Source of the DNA: Mobula hypostoma
Taxonomy: Eukaryota
Assembly: GCF_963921235.1 (NCBI RefSeq)
Contig: NC_086109.1
Location: 15,936,001-16,000,000 of the forward strand
DNA length: 64,000 nucleotides
Reading direction: 5' to 3'
Below, piece by piece: positions 11,500 through 22,971 of the stretch (positions are counted from its first letter, which is position 1; the number at the start of each line of letters is the position of its first letter). The position numbers and the translations under genes were made by a program. The notes under the pieces are model-generated. The model was not told where the DNA came from and did no database searches. It saw only the letters and a list, made by a program, of their open reading frames with translations.

Positions 11500-12774
11500 A
11501 TAGTCAGCATGGCTTTGTCAAAGACAGGTCATGCCTTACAAGCCTGATTGAATGTTTGGAGGATGTGACCAAACACATTGATAATGGTAGAGTAGTAGAT
11601 GTAGTATATACGGATTTCAGCAAGGCATTTGACAAGGTACCCCATGCAAGGCTTATTGAGAAAGTAGGAGGTATGGGATCCAAGAGGAAATTGCTTTGTA
11701 GATTCATAACTGACTCACCTACAGAAGGCAAAGAGTGGTTATAGATGGCTCATATTCTGCATGGAGGTCGGTCACCAGTGGTGTGCCTCAGGTATCTGTT
11801 CTGGTACCCCTACTCTTCGTGATTTTTATAAATGACCTGGATGAAGAAATGGAGGGATGGGTTAGTAAATTTGCTGATGATACAAAGGTTGGTTGTGTTG
11901 TGGATTGTATGGAGGGCTGTCAGAGGTTACAGCGGGACATTAATAGGATGCAAATCTGGGCTGAGAAGTGGCAGATGAAGTTCAACCCAGATAAGTGTAA
12001 GGTGGTTCATTTTGATAGGTCAAATATGATGACAGAATATAGTATTAATGGTAAGACTCTTGGCAGTGTGGACGAACAGAGGGATCTTGGGGTCTGAGTC
12101 CATAGGATACTCAAGGCTGCTGTGCAGGTTGACGCTGTGGTTAAGAAGCATACGGTGTATTGGCTTCATCAATTGTGAGATTGAGATTAGGAGCCGAGAG
12201 GTAATGTTGCAGCTACATAGGACCTTGGTCAGACCCCACTTGGAGTACTGTGCTCAGTTCTGGTCACCTCACTATAGGAAGGATGTGGAAATAATTGAAA
12301 GGGTGCAGAGGAGATTTACAAGGACGTTGCCTGGATTGGGGAGCATGCCTTATGAGAATAGGTTGAGTGAACTCAGCCTTTTTTCCTTGGAGCGACAGAG
12401 GATGAGAGGTGACCCGACAGAGGTGTATAAGATAATGAAAAGCGTTGATCATGTGGATAGTCAGAGGCTTTTTCCCAGGGCTGAAATGGATAGCATGTGA
12501 GGGCATAGTTTTAAGGTGCTTGGAGGGAGGTACAGAGAAGATATCAGGGCTAAATTTTTTATGCAGAGAGTGGTGAGTGAATGGAATGGGCTGCCGGTGA
12601 CGGTGGTGGAGGTGGATACAATAGGGTATTTGAAGAGACTCCTGGACAGGTATATGGAGCTCAGAAAAATAGAGGGCTATGGGTAACCCTAGGTAATTTC
12701 TCAGGTAAGGACATGTTCAGCACAGCTTTGTGGGCTGAAGGGCCTGTATTATGTTGAGGGTTTTCTATGTTTCT
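11500..12774 (+). mobile_element. 5'-truncated CR1 LINE (RT to tail)
   Basis: DFSKAFDKVPH, SGVPQ.S, SKFADDTK and RPHLEYC motifs. ttctatgtttct tail. Flanking aagga duplication (11495-11499 and 12775-12779). Confidence 0.92.
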
Positions 12775-14082
12775 AAGGATTCTATATCTTCCAACCCTAG
12801 GTCACTCCTTTCTAAGGAGATGATTTGACCATGACCATGTTAGCTATCAAAATATAATGAACAGGACTAAATGTAACTTGGGTAATGGAATAGTGTGTTT
12901 TTATGTCAAAAGAATAGAGGTAAGAGGGATACAGCTTATGCTGTTAGATCATGTCATGCATATAGCAAGCAATCAGGGCACCACACCCTAGGAGAGAGTT
13001 TTGCCAGTGTAGATTTGCCAGAATGATACCCTGTTCCCGGGGCTAAGTTCCAAGGAGTGTAATACAAGCTGGATGCAACAAATACTATGCCAGAGGAACT
13101 CAGCAGGTCAAGCAGCATTTGTGGCAGGGGAAGGAATTGTCAAATTTTTGGGTTGAAACTCTGCATCAGAACCATAACACATAAGACTACCTGAGATTGC
13201 ATTTCATTTATTTTGAAAGGTTAGGGATGATCAGATTGGATTTTCCAAAATATTAGTGATTAGGAGAATCTACGTGCATTAGTTGGATGGACTAGTGGAC
13301 TTGAGCACTACAGCACAGAAACAGGCCCCTTGGCCCATCTAAACCATGATGAATTATTATTCTGCCTAGTCCCATCCACTAGTTTAGGAGGGATGATGGT
13401 GCCTAACAGCAACTCCTTTGCTTGCATCTTTAGAAACAGCTCTATTTCTACCTTTAATATCTTTATTTTTCCCTTTCACGGTTCTTTTGAAGACCCTGAC
13501 CTGGAGTTACACGCAGGCTTCAGTTCTTTGCGGGAATGGGACCCATTCTCGGGATTCCACAACTGGCCGCTATTCGACATGCCAAGGGTTTGGCCTGCGA
13601 ATCTCGACTGTGTTTGGAAGCCTAAGATCTCGTGCTCCAGAGACGGGCGGATCAAGGGTCGCTGTCACAGCAACAGGCTTGTGTGTCGTCAGGGAGGCCG
13701 GAAAATCTTTCGCTGTGGGCCTGAAGACCTGAGGTCGTTGCGATCTTTGGACACAGAGCTCGAAAAAAGCTATGAAATGGACTTTTAATGTCGTAAACAA
13801 GCGGGTTGTTGTTATGGCTCCTGCTCGCTGTGAAAATGGGGGACACCTCCCCCTCCCTTGCCAGGGAGAGAGAGAACCTGTGGTTTGTCGAATTTTGGAT
13901 GAAATGCGAAGCTTTTGGGGTAACTTTGGTCTGTGTATTTGCTATTGCTGAGCAGCAGCTGGATGACCTCTGACTCACAAGGGAGAATGAGGCAGTCATA
14001 GATGAGAGCTACAGGGAGGTAGTCACACCTAGGCTGTTGGAAGAAGGTCGTTGGGTGACAATCGGGGGGGGGGGAAGCGAAG

Positions 14083-14760
14083 GTGAGCAGACAGGTAGTG
14101 CAGAGTGCCCCTGTAGCCATTCCCCTGAATAATAAGTTTACCATCCTGAATACTGTTGGCGGGGACGACCGACCAGGTGTGAGCCATGGTGGCAGGGCCT
14201 CCGGCACTGAGTCTGACCCGATGGTGCAGAAGGGTGGGACTGAGAAGAGGAGAGCTGTCATCATTGTAGACTGTATAGTCAGGGGAGCAGACAGGAGATT
14301 TTGTGGACGTGAGAAGGACACCCGCATGGTTTGTTGCCTCCCGGGTGCCAGGGTCTGGGATGTCTCTGACCAGGTGCACAACATCCTGGTACGAGAGGGA
14401 AAGCAACCAGAAGTCGTGATACATGTTGGGACCAATGACAGAGGCAGGAAGAGGGATGAGGTTCTGAAGTGTGAGTTTCGGGAACTAGGCAGAAGGCTGA
14501 GGAACAGGACTTCAAGGGTGACGTTCTCAGGATTGCTACCAGTGCTACGTGACAGTGATGGTAAGAATTGGAGGAGATGGCAGTTGAATGCATGGCTGAG
14601 GAGTTGGTGCAGGGAGCAGGGCTTTAGATTTCTGGACCATTGGGATCTCTTCTGGGGAAGGTGGGACCTGTACAGATTGGATGGGTTGCACCTGAACTCG
14701 AGGGGGAGCAATATCCTTGCAGGTAGATTTGGTAGCATGGTTCGGGAGGGTTTAAATTAA
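14083..14760 (+). pseudogene. CR1 ORF1p SGNH-esterase domain (partial, catalytic GDS changed to VDC)
   Basis: Motifs CLPGA, HVGTND and DGLHLN. Homologous to ORF 25934-26896. Confidence 0.85.
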
Positions 14761-14773
14761 TTTGCAAGGGGGA

Positions 14774-17684
14774 TGGGACCCACAGCGATAGAGCAGTGAA
14801 AGAAGTGCGTGGAGTAAAGCCAGATCTAACATATAGAGAGGCTTTGAGGAAAGAGAAGCAGAATAAACAGTGTAAAGACATTAAGGTAGAAGGGCTGAAC
14901 TGTGTATACCTCAATGCAAGAAGCATCAGGAACAAAGGTAATGAACTGAGAGCTTGGATACATACATAGAATTATGATGTAATGGCCATTACCGAGACTT
15001 GGCTGGCACCAGGGCAGGAATGGACTCTCAATATTCTTGGATTTCAATGCTTTAAAAGGGATAGAGAGGGCGGAAAAAGGGGAGGAGGGGTGGCATTACT
15101 GGTCAGGGATACTATTACAGCTACAGAAAGGGTGGGTAATGTAGCAGGATCCTCTCTTGAGTCAGTATGGGTGGAAGTCAGGAACAGGAAGGGAGCGGTT
15201 ACTCTATTGGGGGTATTCTATAGGCCCTCTGGTAGCAGCAGAGATACGGAGGAGCAGATTGGGAGGCAGATTTTGGAAAGGTGCAAAAATAACAGGGTTG
15301 TTATCATGGGTGACTTTAACTTCCCTAATATTGATTGGCACCTGATTAGTTCCAAGGGTTTAGATGGGGTAGAGCTTGATAAATGTGTCCAGGACGGATT
15401 CCTGTCACAGTATGTGGACAGGCCGACTAAGGGGAATGCCATACTAGATCTAGTACTAGCTAATGAACCGGGTCAGGTCACAGATCTCTCAGTGGGTGAG
15501 CATCTGGGGGACAGTGACCACTGCTCCCTGGCCTTTAGCATTATCATGGAAAAGGATAGAATCAGAGAGGACAGGAAAATTTTTAATTGGGGAAGGGCAA
15601 ATTATGAGGCTATAAGGCTAGAACTTGCGGGTGTGAATTGGGATGATGTTTTTGAAGGGAAGTGTACTATGGACATGTGGTTGATGTTTAGAGATCTCTT
15701 GCAGGATGTTAGGGATAAATTTGTCCCAGTGAGGAAGATAAAGAATGGTAGGGTGAAGGAACCATGGGTGACAAGTGAGGTGGAAAATCTAGTCAGGTGG
15801 AAGAAGGCAGCATACATGAGGTTTAGGAAGCAAAGATCAGATGGGTCTATTGAGGAATATAGGGAAGCAAGAAAGGAGCTTAAGAAGGGCTGAGAAGAGC
15901 AAGAAGGGGCATGAGAAGGCCTTGGTGAGTGGGGTAAAGGAAGACTCCAAGGCATTCTACAATTATGTGAAGAAAAAAAGGATGACAGGCGTGAAGGTAG
16001 GACCGATTAGAGATAATGGTGGGAAGATGTGCCTGGAGGCTGTGGAAGTAAGCGAGGTCCTCAATGAATACTTCTTTTCGGTATTCACCAATGAGAGGGA
16101 ACTTGATGATGGTGAGGACAATATGAGTGAGGTTGATGTTCTGGAGCATGTTGATATTAAGGGAGAGGATGTGTTGGAGTTGTTAAAATATATTAGGACG
16201 GATAAGTCCCCGGGGCCTGACAGAATATTCTCCAGGCTGCTCCACGAGGCGAGGGAAGAGATTGCTGAGCCTCTGGCTAGGATCTTTATGTCCTCGTTGT
16301 CCACGGGAATGGTACCGGAGGATTGGAGGGAGGCGAATGTTGTCCCTTTGTTCAAAAAAGGTAGTAAGGATAGTCTGGGTAATTATAGACCAGTGAGCCT
16401 TACGTCTGTGGTGGGAAAGCTGTTGGAAAAGATTCTTAGAGATAGGATCTGTGGGCATTTAGAGAATCATGGTCTGATCAGGGACTATCAGCATGGCTTT
16501 GTGAAGGGCAGATCATGTCTAACAAGCCTGATAGAGTTCTTTGAGGAGGTGACCAGGCATATAGATGAGGGTAGTGCAGCGGATGTGATCTATATGAATT
16601 TTAGTAAGGCATTTGACAAGGTTCCACATGGTAGGCTTATTCAGAAAGTCAGAAGGCATGGGATCCAGGGAAGTTTGGTCAAGTGGATTCAGAATTGGCT
16701 TGCCTGCAGAAGGCAGAGGGTGGTGGTGGAGGGAGTACATTCAGATTGGAGGATTGTGACTAGTGGTGTCCCTCAAGGATCTGTTCTGGGACCTCTACTT
16801 TTCGTGATTTTTATTAACGACCTGGATGTGGGGGTAGAAGGGTGGGTTGGCAAGTTTGCAGACGACACAAAGGTTGGTGGTGTTGTAGATAGTGTAGAGG
16901 ATTGTCAAAGATTGCAGAGGGACTTTAATAGGATGCAGAAGTGGGCTGAGAAGTGGCAGATGGAGTTCAACCCGGAGAAGTGTGAGGTGGTACACTTTGG
17001 AAGGACAAACTCCAAGGCAGAGTACAAAGTAAATGGCAGGATACTTGGTAGTGTGGAGGAGCAGAGGGATGTGGGGGTACATGTCCACAGATCCCTGAAA
17101 GTTGCCTCAGAGGTAGATAGGGTAGTTAAGAAAGCTTATGGGGTGTTAGCTTTCATAAGTCGAGGGATAGAGTTTAAGAGTCGTGATGTAATGATGCAGC
17201 TCTATAAAACTCTGGTTAGGCCACACTTGGAGTACTGTGTCCAGTTCTGGTGCCTCACTATAGGAAGGATGTGGAAGCATTGGAAAGGGTACAGAGGAGA
17301 TTTACCAGGATGCTGCCTAGTTTATAGAGTATGCATTAAGATCAGAGATTAAGGGAGCTAGGGCTTTAATCATTGGAGAGAAGGAGGATGAGAGGAGACA
17401 TGATAGAGGTGTACAAGATAATAAGAGGAATAGATAGAGTGGATAGCCAGTGCCTCTTTCCCAGGGCACCACTGCTCAATACAGGAGGATATGGCTTTAA
17501 GGTAAGGGGTGGGAAGTTCAAGGGGGATATTAGAGGAAGGTTTTTTTACTCAGAGAGTGGTTTGTGCATGGAATGCACTGCCTGAGTCAGTGGTGGAGGC
17601 AGATACACTAGTGAAGTTTAAGAGACTACTCGACAGGCATATGGAGGAATTTAAGGTGGGAGCTTATATGGGAGACAGGGTTTG
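14774..17684 (+). pseudogene. CR1 ORF2p (APE endonuclease and reverse transcriptase), disrupted
   Basis: YLNARSI, ITETW, GDFN, LDLV and SDH motifs, then NYRPVSLTS, QHGF, KAFDKVPH, QGSVLGP and FADD. Frameshifts near 15890 and 17250. Confidence 0.92.
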
Positions 17685-18662
17685 AGGGTCGGCACAACAT
17701 TGGGGGCCGAAGGGCCTGTACTGTGCTGTACTATTCTATGTTCTATGTTTGACACGCTTGGGCTCAGTGATGGTACCGATGCACGTTTTTTTTTGCTGGT
17801 GGGGGAAGGCGGGATCGTTGCTCACCGACACTTGCACGCAGAAGGGGGAGCTGGGGGGTCTTTGGGGCTCTCACATTTAATTGTCGTTCATTCTTTGGGG
17901 CACTTCTCTGTTTTTGTGGATGTTTGTGAAGAAAAAGCATTTCAGGATATCTATTGTATACATTTCTCTGACATTAAATTTGACCTTTGAAGCTTTGAAC
18001 CAGGCCTGGACCATAGCCCTTCCATTTGCATATCCAAACCTCTTAAATGTTAAAGTCGAACCCGCATCCACCACTTTCACTACCAGCTCATTCCATACTC
18101 TCACCAGCCTCTCAGTGAAGAAGTTATCCCTTGTATTCCCCCTAAATATTTCACCTTTTACCCTAACCTTTTGACCTCTGGTTCTAGTGCCATGCAACCT
18201 CAGTGGAAAAAACCTGTTTGCATTTATCCTATCTATGCCCCTATGGTCTGAAGATGGGAGCTATCCCCTTTAGCAGCATTTGGGCAACATTTTCACGTAA
18301 AGGAACAACCTGCTGGAAGAGCTCAATGGTTAGAACAGCTTCTGTGGGGGGAAAGGAGCTGTCAACTTTTCAGGTCAAAACCCTGCCTCGGGACTTGGTC
18401 AGAAATGTCCACAATTCTTTTTGCAAATTCCAGCAGCTGTCGTCTCTTATTACGTACAAAAGGTGTCAGAAAATTGAATTATATTCTGCAAAAGACAATG
18501 ATAATACTTCTAGATAATGAAAAGCAAAGTTCGAAGTTAAAAGTAAACTTATTATCAAAATACATACATGTCACCATATACAACCCTGAGATTCATTTTC
18601 TTGTTGGCATACTCAATAAATCCACAGAATAATAACCGTAACAGTATCAATGAATGACCACA

Positions 18663-19230
18663 ACTGAGGTCCTTTAACATCTGCCAGACGATGCTGAGGA
18701 TGTTCTACGAGTCTGTGGTGGCCAGTGCTATCATGTTTGCTGTTGTGTGCTGGGGCAGCAGGCTGAGGGTAGCAGGCATCAACAGAATCAACAAACTCAT
18801 TCGTAAGGCCAGTGATGTTGTGGGGATGGAACTGGACTCTCTGACGGTGGTGTCTGAAAAGAGGATGCTGTCCAAGTTGCATGCCATCTTGGTCAATGTC
18901 TCCCATCCACTACATAATGTACTGGGTGGGCACAGGAGTACATTCAGCCAGAGACTCATTCCACCGAGATGCAACACAGAGTGTCTTAGGAAGTCATTCT
19001 TGCCTGTGGCCATCAAACTTTACAACTCCTCCCTTGGCGGGTCAGACACCCTGAGCCAATAGGCTGGTCCTGGACTTATTTCCATCTGGCATAATTTACA
19101 TATTATTATTTAATTATTTATGGTTTTATATTGCTATATTTATACTCTATTCTTGGTTGGTGCAACTGTAACAAAACCCAATTTCCCTCGGGATCAATAA
19201 AGTTTGTCTATGACTACTATGGTATGACTA
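18663..19230 (+). mobile_element. Young Rex1/Babar-clade LINE 3' fragment
   Basis: ORF 18691-19062 (FYESVVASAIMFAVVCWG..HPLH..RKSFLPVAIKLYN), AATAAA and an ACTATG-like tail. Near-identical to 56507-57068. Confidence 0.85.
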
Positions 19231-19231
19231 C

Positions 19232-20360
19232 TACGGTATTGGGGGTAAGGTATTGATGTGGATGGAGAATTGGTTAGCAGACAGGAAGCAAAGAGTGGGA
19301 ATAAACGGGACCTTTTCAGAATGGCAGGCGGTGACTAGTGGGGTACCGCAAGGCTCAGTGCTGGGACCCCAGTTGTTTACAATATATATTAATGACTTGG
19401 ATGAGGGAATTAAATGCAGCATCTCCAAGTTTGCGGATGACACGAAGCTGGGTGGCAGTGTTAGCTGTGAGGAGGATGCTAAGAGGATGCAGGGTGACTT
19501 GGATAGGTTGGGTGAGTGGGCAAATTCATGGCGGATGCAATTTAATGTGGATAAATGTGAAGTTATCCACTTTGGTGGCAAAAATAGGAAAACAGATTAT
19601 TATCTGAATGGTGGCCGATTAGTAAAAGGGGAGGTGCAACGAGACCTGGGTGTCATTATACACCAGTCCTTGAAAGTGGGCATGCAGGTACAGCAGGCGG
19701 TGAAAAAGGCGAGTGGTATCCTGGCATTTATAGCGAGAGGATTCGAGTACAGGAGCAGGGAGGTACTACTGCAGTTGTACAAGGCCTTGGTGAGACCACA
19801 CCTGGAGTATTGTGTGCAGTTTAGGTCCCCTAATCTGAGGAAAGACATCCTTGCCTTAGAGGGAGTACAAAGAAGGTTCACCAGATTGATTCCTGGGATG
19901 GCAGGACTTTCATATGAAGAAAGACTGGATGAACTGGGCTTGTACTCATTGGAATTTAGAAGATTGAGGGGGGATCTGATTGAAATGTATAAGATCCTAA
20001 AGGGATTGGACAGGCTAGATGCAGGAAGATTGTTCCCGATGTTGGGGAAGTCCAGAACGAGGGGCCACAGTTTGAGGATAGAGGGGAAGCCTTTTAGGAC
20101 CGAGATTAAGAAAAACTTCTTCACACAGAGAGTGGTGGATCTGTGGAATTCTCTGCCACAGGAAACAGTTGAGGCCAGTTCATTGGCTATATTTAAGAGG
20201 GAGTTAGATATGGCCCTTGTGGCTATGGGGGTCAAGGGGTATGGAGGGAAGGCTGGGGCGGGGTTCTGAGTTGGATGATCAGCCATGATCATAATAAATG
20301 GCGGTGCAGGCTCGAAGGGCCGAATGGCCTACTCCTGCACCTATTTTCTATGTTTCTATG
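19232..20360 (+). mobile_element. Young 5'-truncated CR1 with an uninterrupted 338-codon ORF2 C-terminal frame
   Basis: ORF 19253-20269 contains QGSVLGP and SKFADDTK and runs to the natural stop. Tail ttctatgtttctatg. Sits in the Rex1 tail with tatgacta on both sides. Confidence 0.95.
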
Positions 20361-20369
20361 GTTATGACT

Positions 20370-20750
20370 AATTTGGGCATTCAACCAGTGTGCAAAAGAC
20401 AACAAATTGTGGAAATACAAAAAGAAAAAATAATATTAATAAATAAGCAATAAACATCAAGAAAAAAAAGTGAAGAGTCATCGAAAGAGAGACCGTAGAT
20501 TGCGAAAACATTTCAATGATGGGGGTAAGTGAAGCTGAGTGAAGAGTCAAGAATCGAAGACCCTTCGATTCAAGAGTCTGATGGTTGAGGGGTAGCAACT
20601 GTTCCTGAACTGGGTGGTGTGAGTCCAATGGGTCTTGTACCTTCTTCCTGATGGCAGCAGCGAGACCAGAGCACGGCCTGGGTGGTGGGGGTCTCTGATG
20701 ATGGATGCTGCTTTCCTGCAACAGCGTTTCATGCAGATGTGCTCAGTGGG
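20370..20750 (-). mobile_element. Rex1/Babar 3' fragment
   Basis: MKRCCRKAASIIRDPHHPG.ALVSLLPSGRRYK, same family as 668-1137. Its tail continues at 18525-18660. Confidence 0.8.
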
Positions 20751-21264
20751 TGAGTTTAATGTTCAACGGTTGAATATTTCAATTTTATATCGGAGAATGT
20801 GGAGACAGTTTCACAGATTTGGTGAGTGCGATAGAAGACACTACCTATGAATAACCATATGAATCATTTATATACAAACAGTAAAAGATTCAACCAAACT
20901 TCTAAGTTGCTCCAAGTTACACAAACTACAAAACTAAATATTCAACAAACAGATACTGAGCTAAGAGGGTGTGAGTGGGCCTTCTAAGTTTGGAGCATAC
21001 CTTCCCAGTGGTTCTTCAGCATTGGTTGCAACCTCTGTGAGCCCCTAGAGACTAAAGGAAAGAGAGCGAGCCTCCCGCACAGGCTACTCTTATACCCCTG
21101 AGATGTCTGCAACCAGACACTGGTGTCGTGTCACACAAGGCAACCAATGGGAAAGAGCTGCTGCAACATTTTAATGGGCCAATCAATGACTGGCACGATG
21201 GAAGTGGCTTTTGACCAACAAGCAAACTGACCCCCCACATAATATGGGGAGGGCTTTACTCCTT

Positions 21265-21552
21265 GATGGACAGTCGATGTTTCGGGCTGAAACCCTCCAG
21301 CAGGACTGGAGAAAAAAAGCTGAGGGGTGGATTTAAAAGGTGGGGGGAGGGGACAGAGAAACACAAGGCGATAGGTGAAACCTGAAGTGGGAGGGGACAA
21401 AGAAAAGAGCTGGAAATTAAATTGGTTAAAGAGACAGAAGGCCCAAAATGTCAACTGTACTCTTTTCCATTGATGCTGCCTGGCCTGCTGAGTTCCTCCA
21501 GCATTTTGTGTGTGTTGCTCAGACTTCCAGCATCTGCAGATTTTCTCTTGTT
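21265..21552. mobile_element. Penelope-like terminus with internal inversion
   Basis: Minus-strand hammerhead-like piece and purine tract, then the plus-strand terminus gatgctgcctggcctgctgagttcctccagc..ccagcatctgcaga. Confidence 0.7.
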
Positions 21553-22971
21553 TGTAATTGGAGTTAAACAGTGGTTTAGTCATGAGTTTATTGAATAATG
21601 TGGCATGTTCAAATAGCTGAATAATAAGTTTAATATCTTGCCTTGTTATACTGGAAATGTATCCCAAAGTTCTTCCTCCCTTGCATCATCCTATCATTAC
21701 CCCACCTAATATAATGCCGTTTAGGTTGCATTAATCCAAGTTGGTAGACGTCATGAGCAATGAAGGCATAAAAGTTAGTTGGGAAAATTCCTTCAGCAAT
21801 GTTTGAATAAATTGTATTCCATTAGGTATTTTGTTGTCATGTTGATTGCTACATTTCAGGCTGAAGCTCCGAAATGGTATTCACTTCCTTTCTTGACACA
21901 ATCACAATTTCACAGACGTTAACTCGTGTCAAAAATGAATGACAGAATGTTATTTTTTTCAGCTCCCGCAATTCAAAGCTTGCTCAAGCAGCACAGCTAT
22001 CATTGTCTGAGAGATTGAAAATGGGAGTGGAATCACTGGAATGGAAAGAGACAAAGGAAATAGGAGGAAAGCTAGGATTAGGAGGGCAATGGCTGCATTC
22101 ACACTGATCCCTAAACTCTTATCAAATTCAGAGCCAAGCTTAGAGGTCCTGCTGGCTTCTCTAAAAATGAAGCTTATCTGAGTCTCAGAAGAAAATGAAG
22201 TTAATGGATTTCGAGCAGGCAACTGAAGAAACTGAATCTAATCTCGTTAAAATGCTCAGAATTTAAATTTGGCCCAAATGAATGGGTTATTTGGAATTAA
22301 CACAGCAACCAAAGCCAAGCTTGGTTTTTAATTTTAATTGGTTCATTATTTACCGTCTGCGTGACCAACATAGAATCTGACCAGAGTGTCATCAGAGCCC
22401 TGCACACTTTAATGCATTCTGTTTACGTTCTGAATTCAGAATGCAAGAATGCTGGGGATAGGGTCATGTTGGAAACACTCAGTTATTTTCAGCAGAACAC
22501 TGCCTGAGGTTTGGTTGGAAGCTGCCTTGATTGGACATGGAAATGTACGAAGAGAAAAACCAAAAGACACTGAATCAGAGCGGAATAAATGTTGAACACT
22601 CCGCTTCATGAATCGGTGAACGGACAGCCAAACGGACGTTGCAACATTGAGGATACAAGAGATTCGACAACCTATGGACTCACTTTCACTGACTCTATAA
22701 CTCATGTTCTCAATAAATATTTTTCTATTTATCTATCTATCTTATTTCCTTTCCACAATTTGTTGTCTATTGCACATCTGTTTTTTGTTTGCCTTTGTGT
22801 GCGGTTTTTCATTGATTCCACTGTGTTTATTTGTATCTACTGTGAATGCCCCCTTGAAAATGATTCTCCAGTCTAGTATATGTTGACAATGGACAATAGG
22901 TGCAGGAGTAGGCCATTCGGCCCTTCGAGCCAGCACCGCCATTCACTGTGATCATGGCTGATCATCCACAA

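Larger units (their letters stand above)
8410..12830 (-). mobile_element. Old CR1 LINE (endonuclease to 3' UTR) interrupted by an L1 tail, a solo LTR and a younger CR1
   Basis: Fragments GVICRPPNS/VMGDFNMQVD (endonuclease), KGKSCLTNL/VYLDFQKAFDKV (RT) and GLYSLEFRR (C-terminus), with many frameshifts. Confidence 0.9.
13949..17750 (+). mobile_element. Near-full-length CR1 LINE, 5'-truncated within ORF1
   Basis: ORF1 esterase, ORF2 endonuclease plus RT, 3' UTR and ctattctatgttctatgtt tail. Confidence 0.95.
13385..17997 (+). mobile_element. Non-autonomous SINE-like retroposon (13385-13948 plus 17751-17997), split by a CR1 and itself inside a minus-strand CR1 3' fragment
   Basis: The two halves join across the CR1. 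Its 3' end (ttcaggatatc..tacatttctctgacattaaatttgacctttgaa) resembles the abundant Rex1-type tail. The outer CR1 pieces at 13305-13380 and 18000-18243 are contiguous. Confidence 0.5.

Noticed and set aside
13330..13788. 152-aa ORF
   Set aside because: It spans the junction of two repeats and has no domain signature.
13812..14738. 308-aa minus-strand ORF
   Set aside because: Antisense shadow of CR1 ORF1, with no independent motifs.
19600..20292. 230-aa minus-strand ORF (and similar ones at 23063-23578 and 25980-26501)
   Set aside because: Antisense shadows of CR1 coding sequence.
20850..21260. Possible LTR-like segment with CCAAT and TATA motifs
   Set aside because: I could not identify termini or a TSD.
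21962..22110. Strong splice acceptor followed by a ~47-codon open frame
   Set aside because: No donor site and no recognisable homology.
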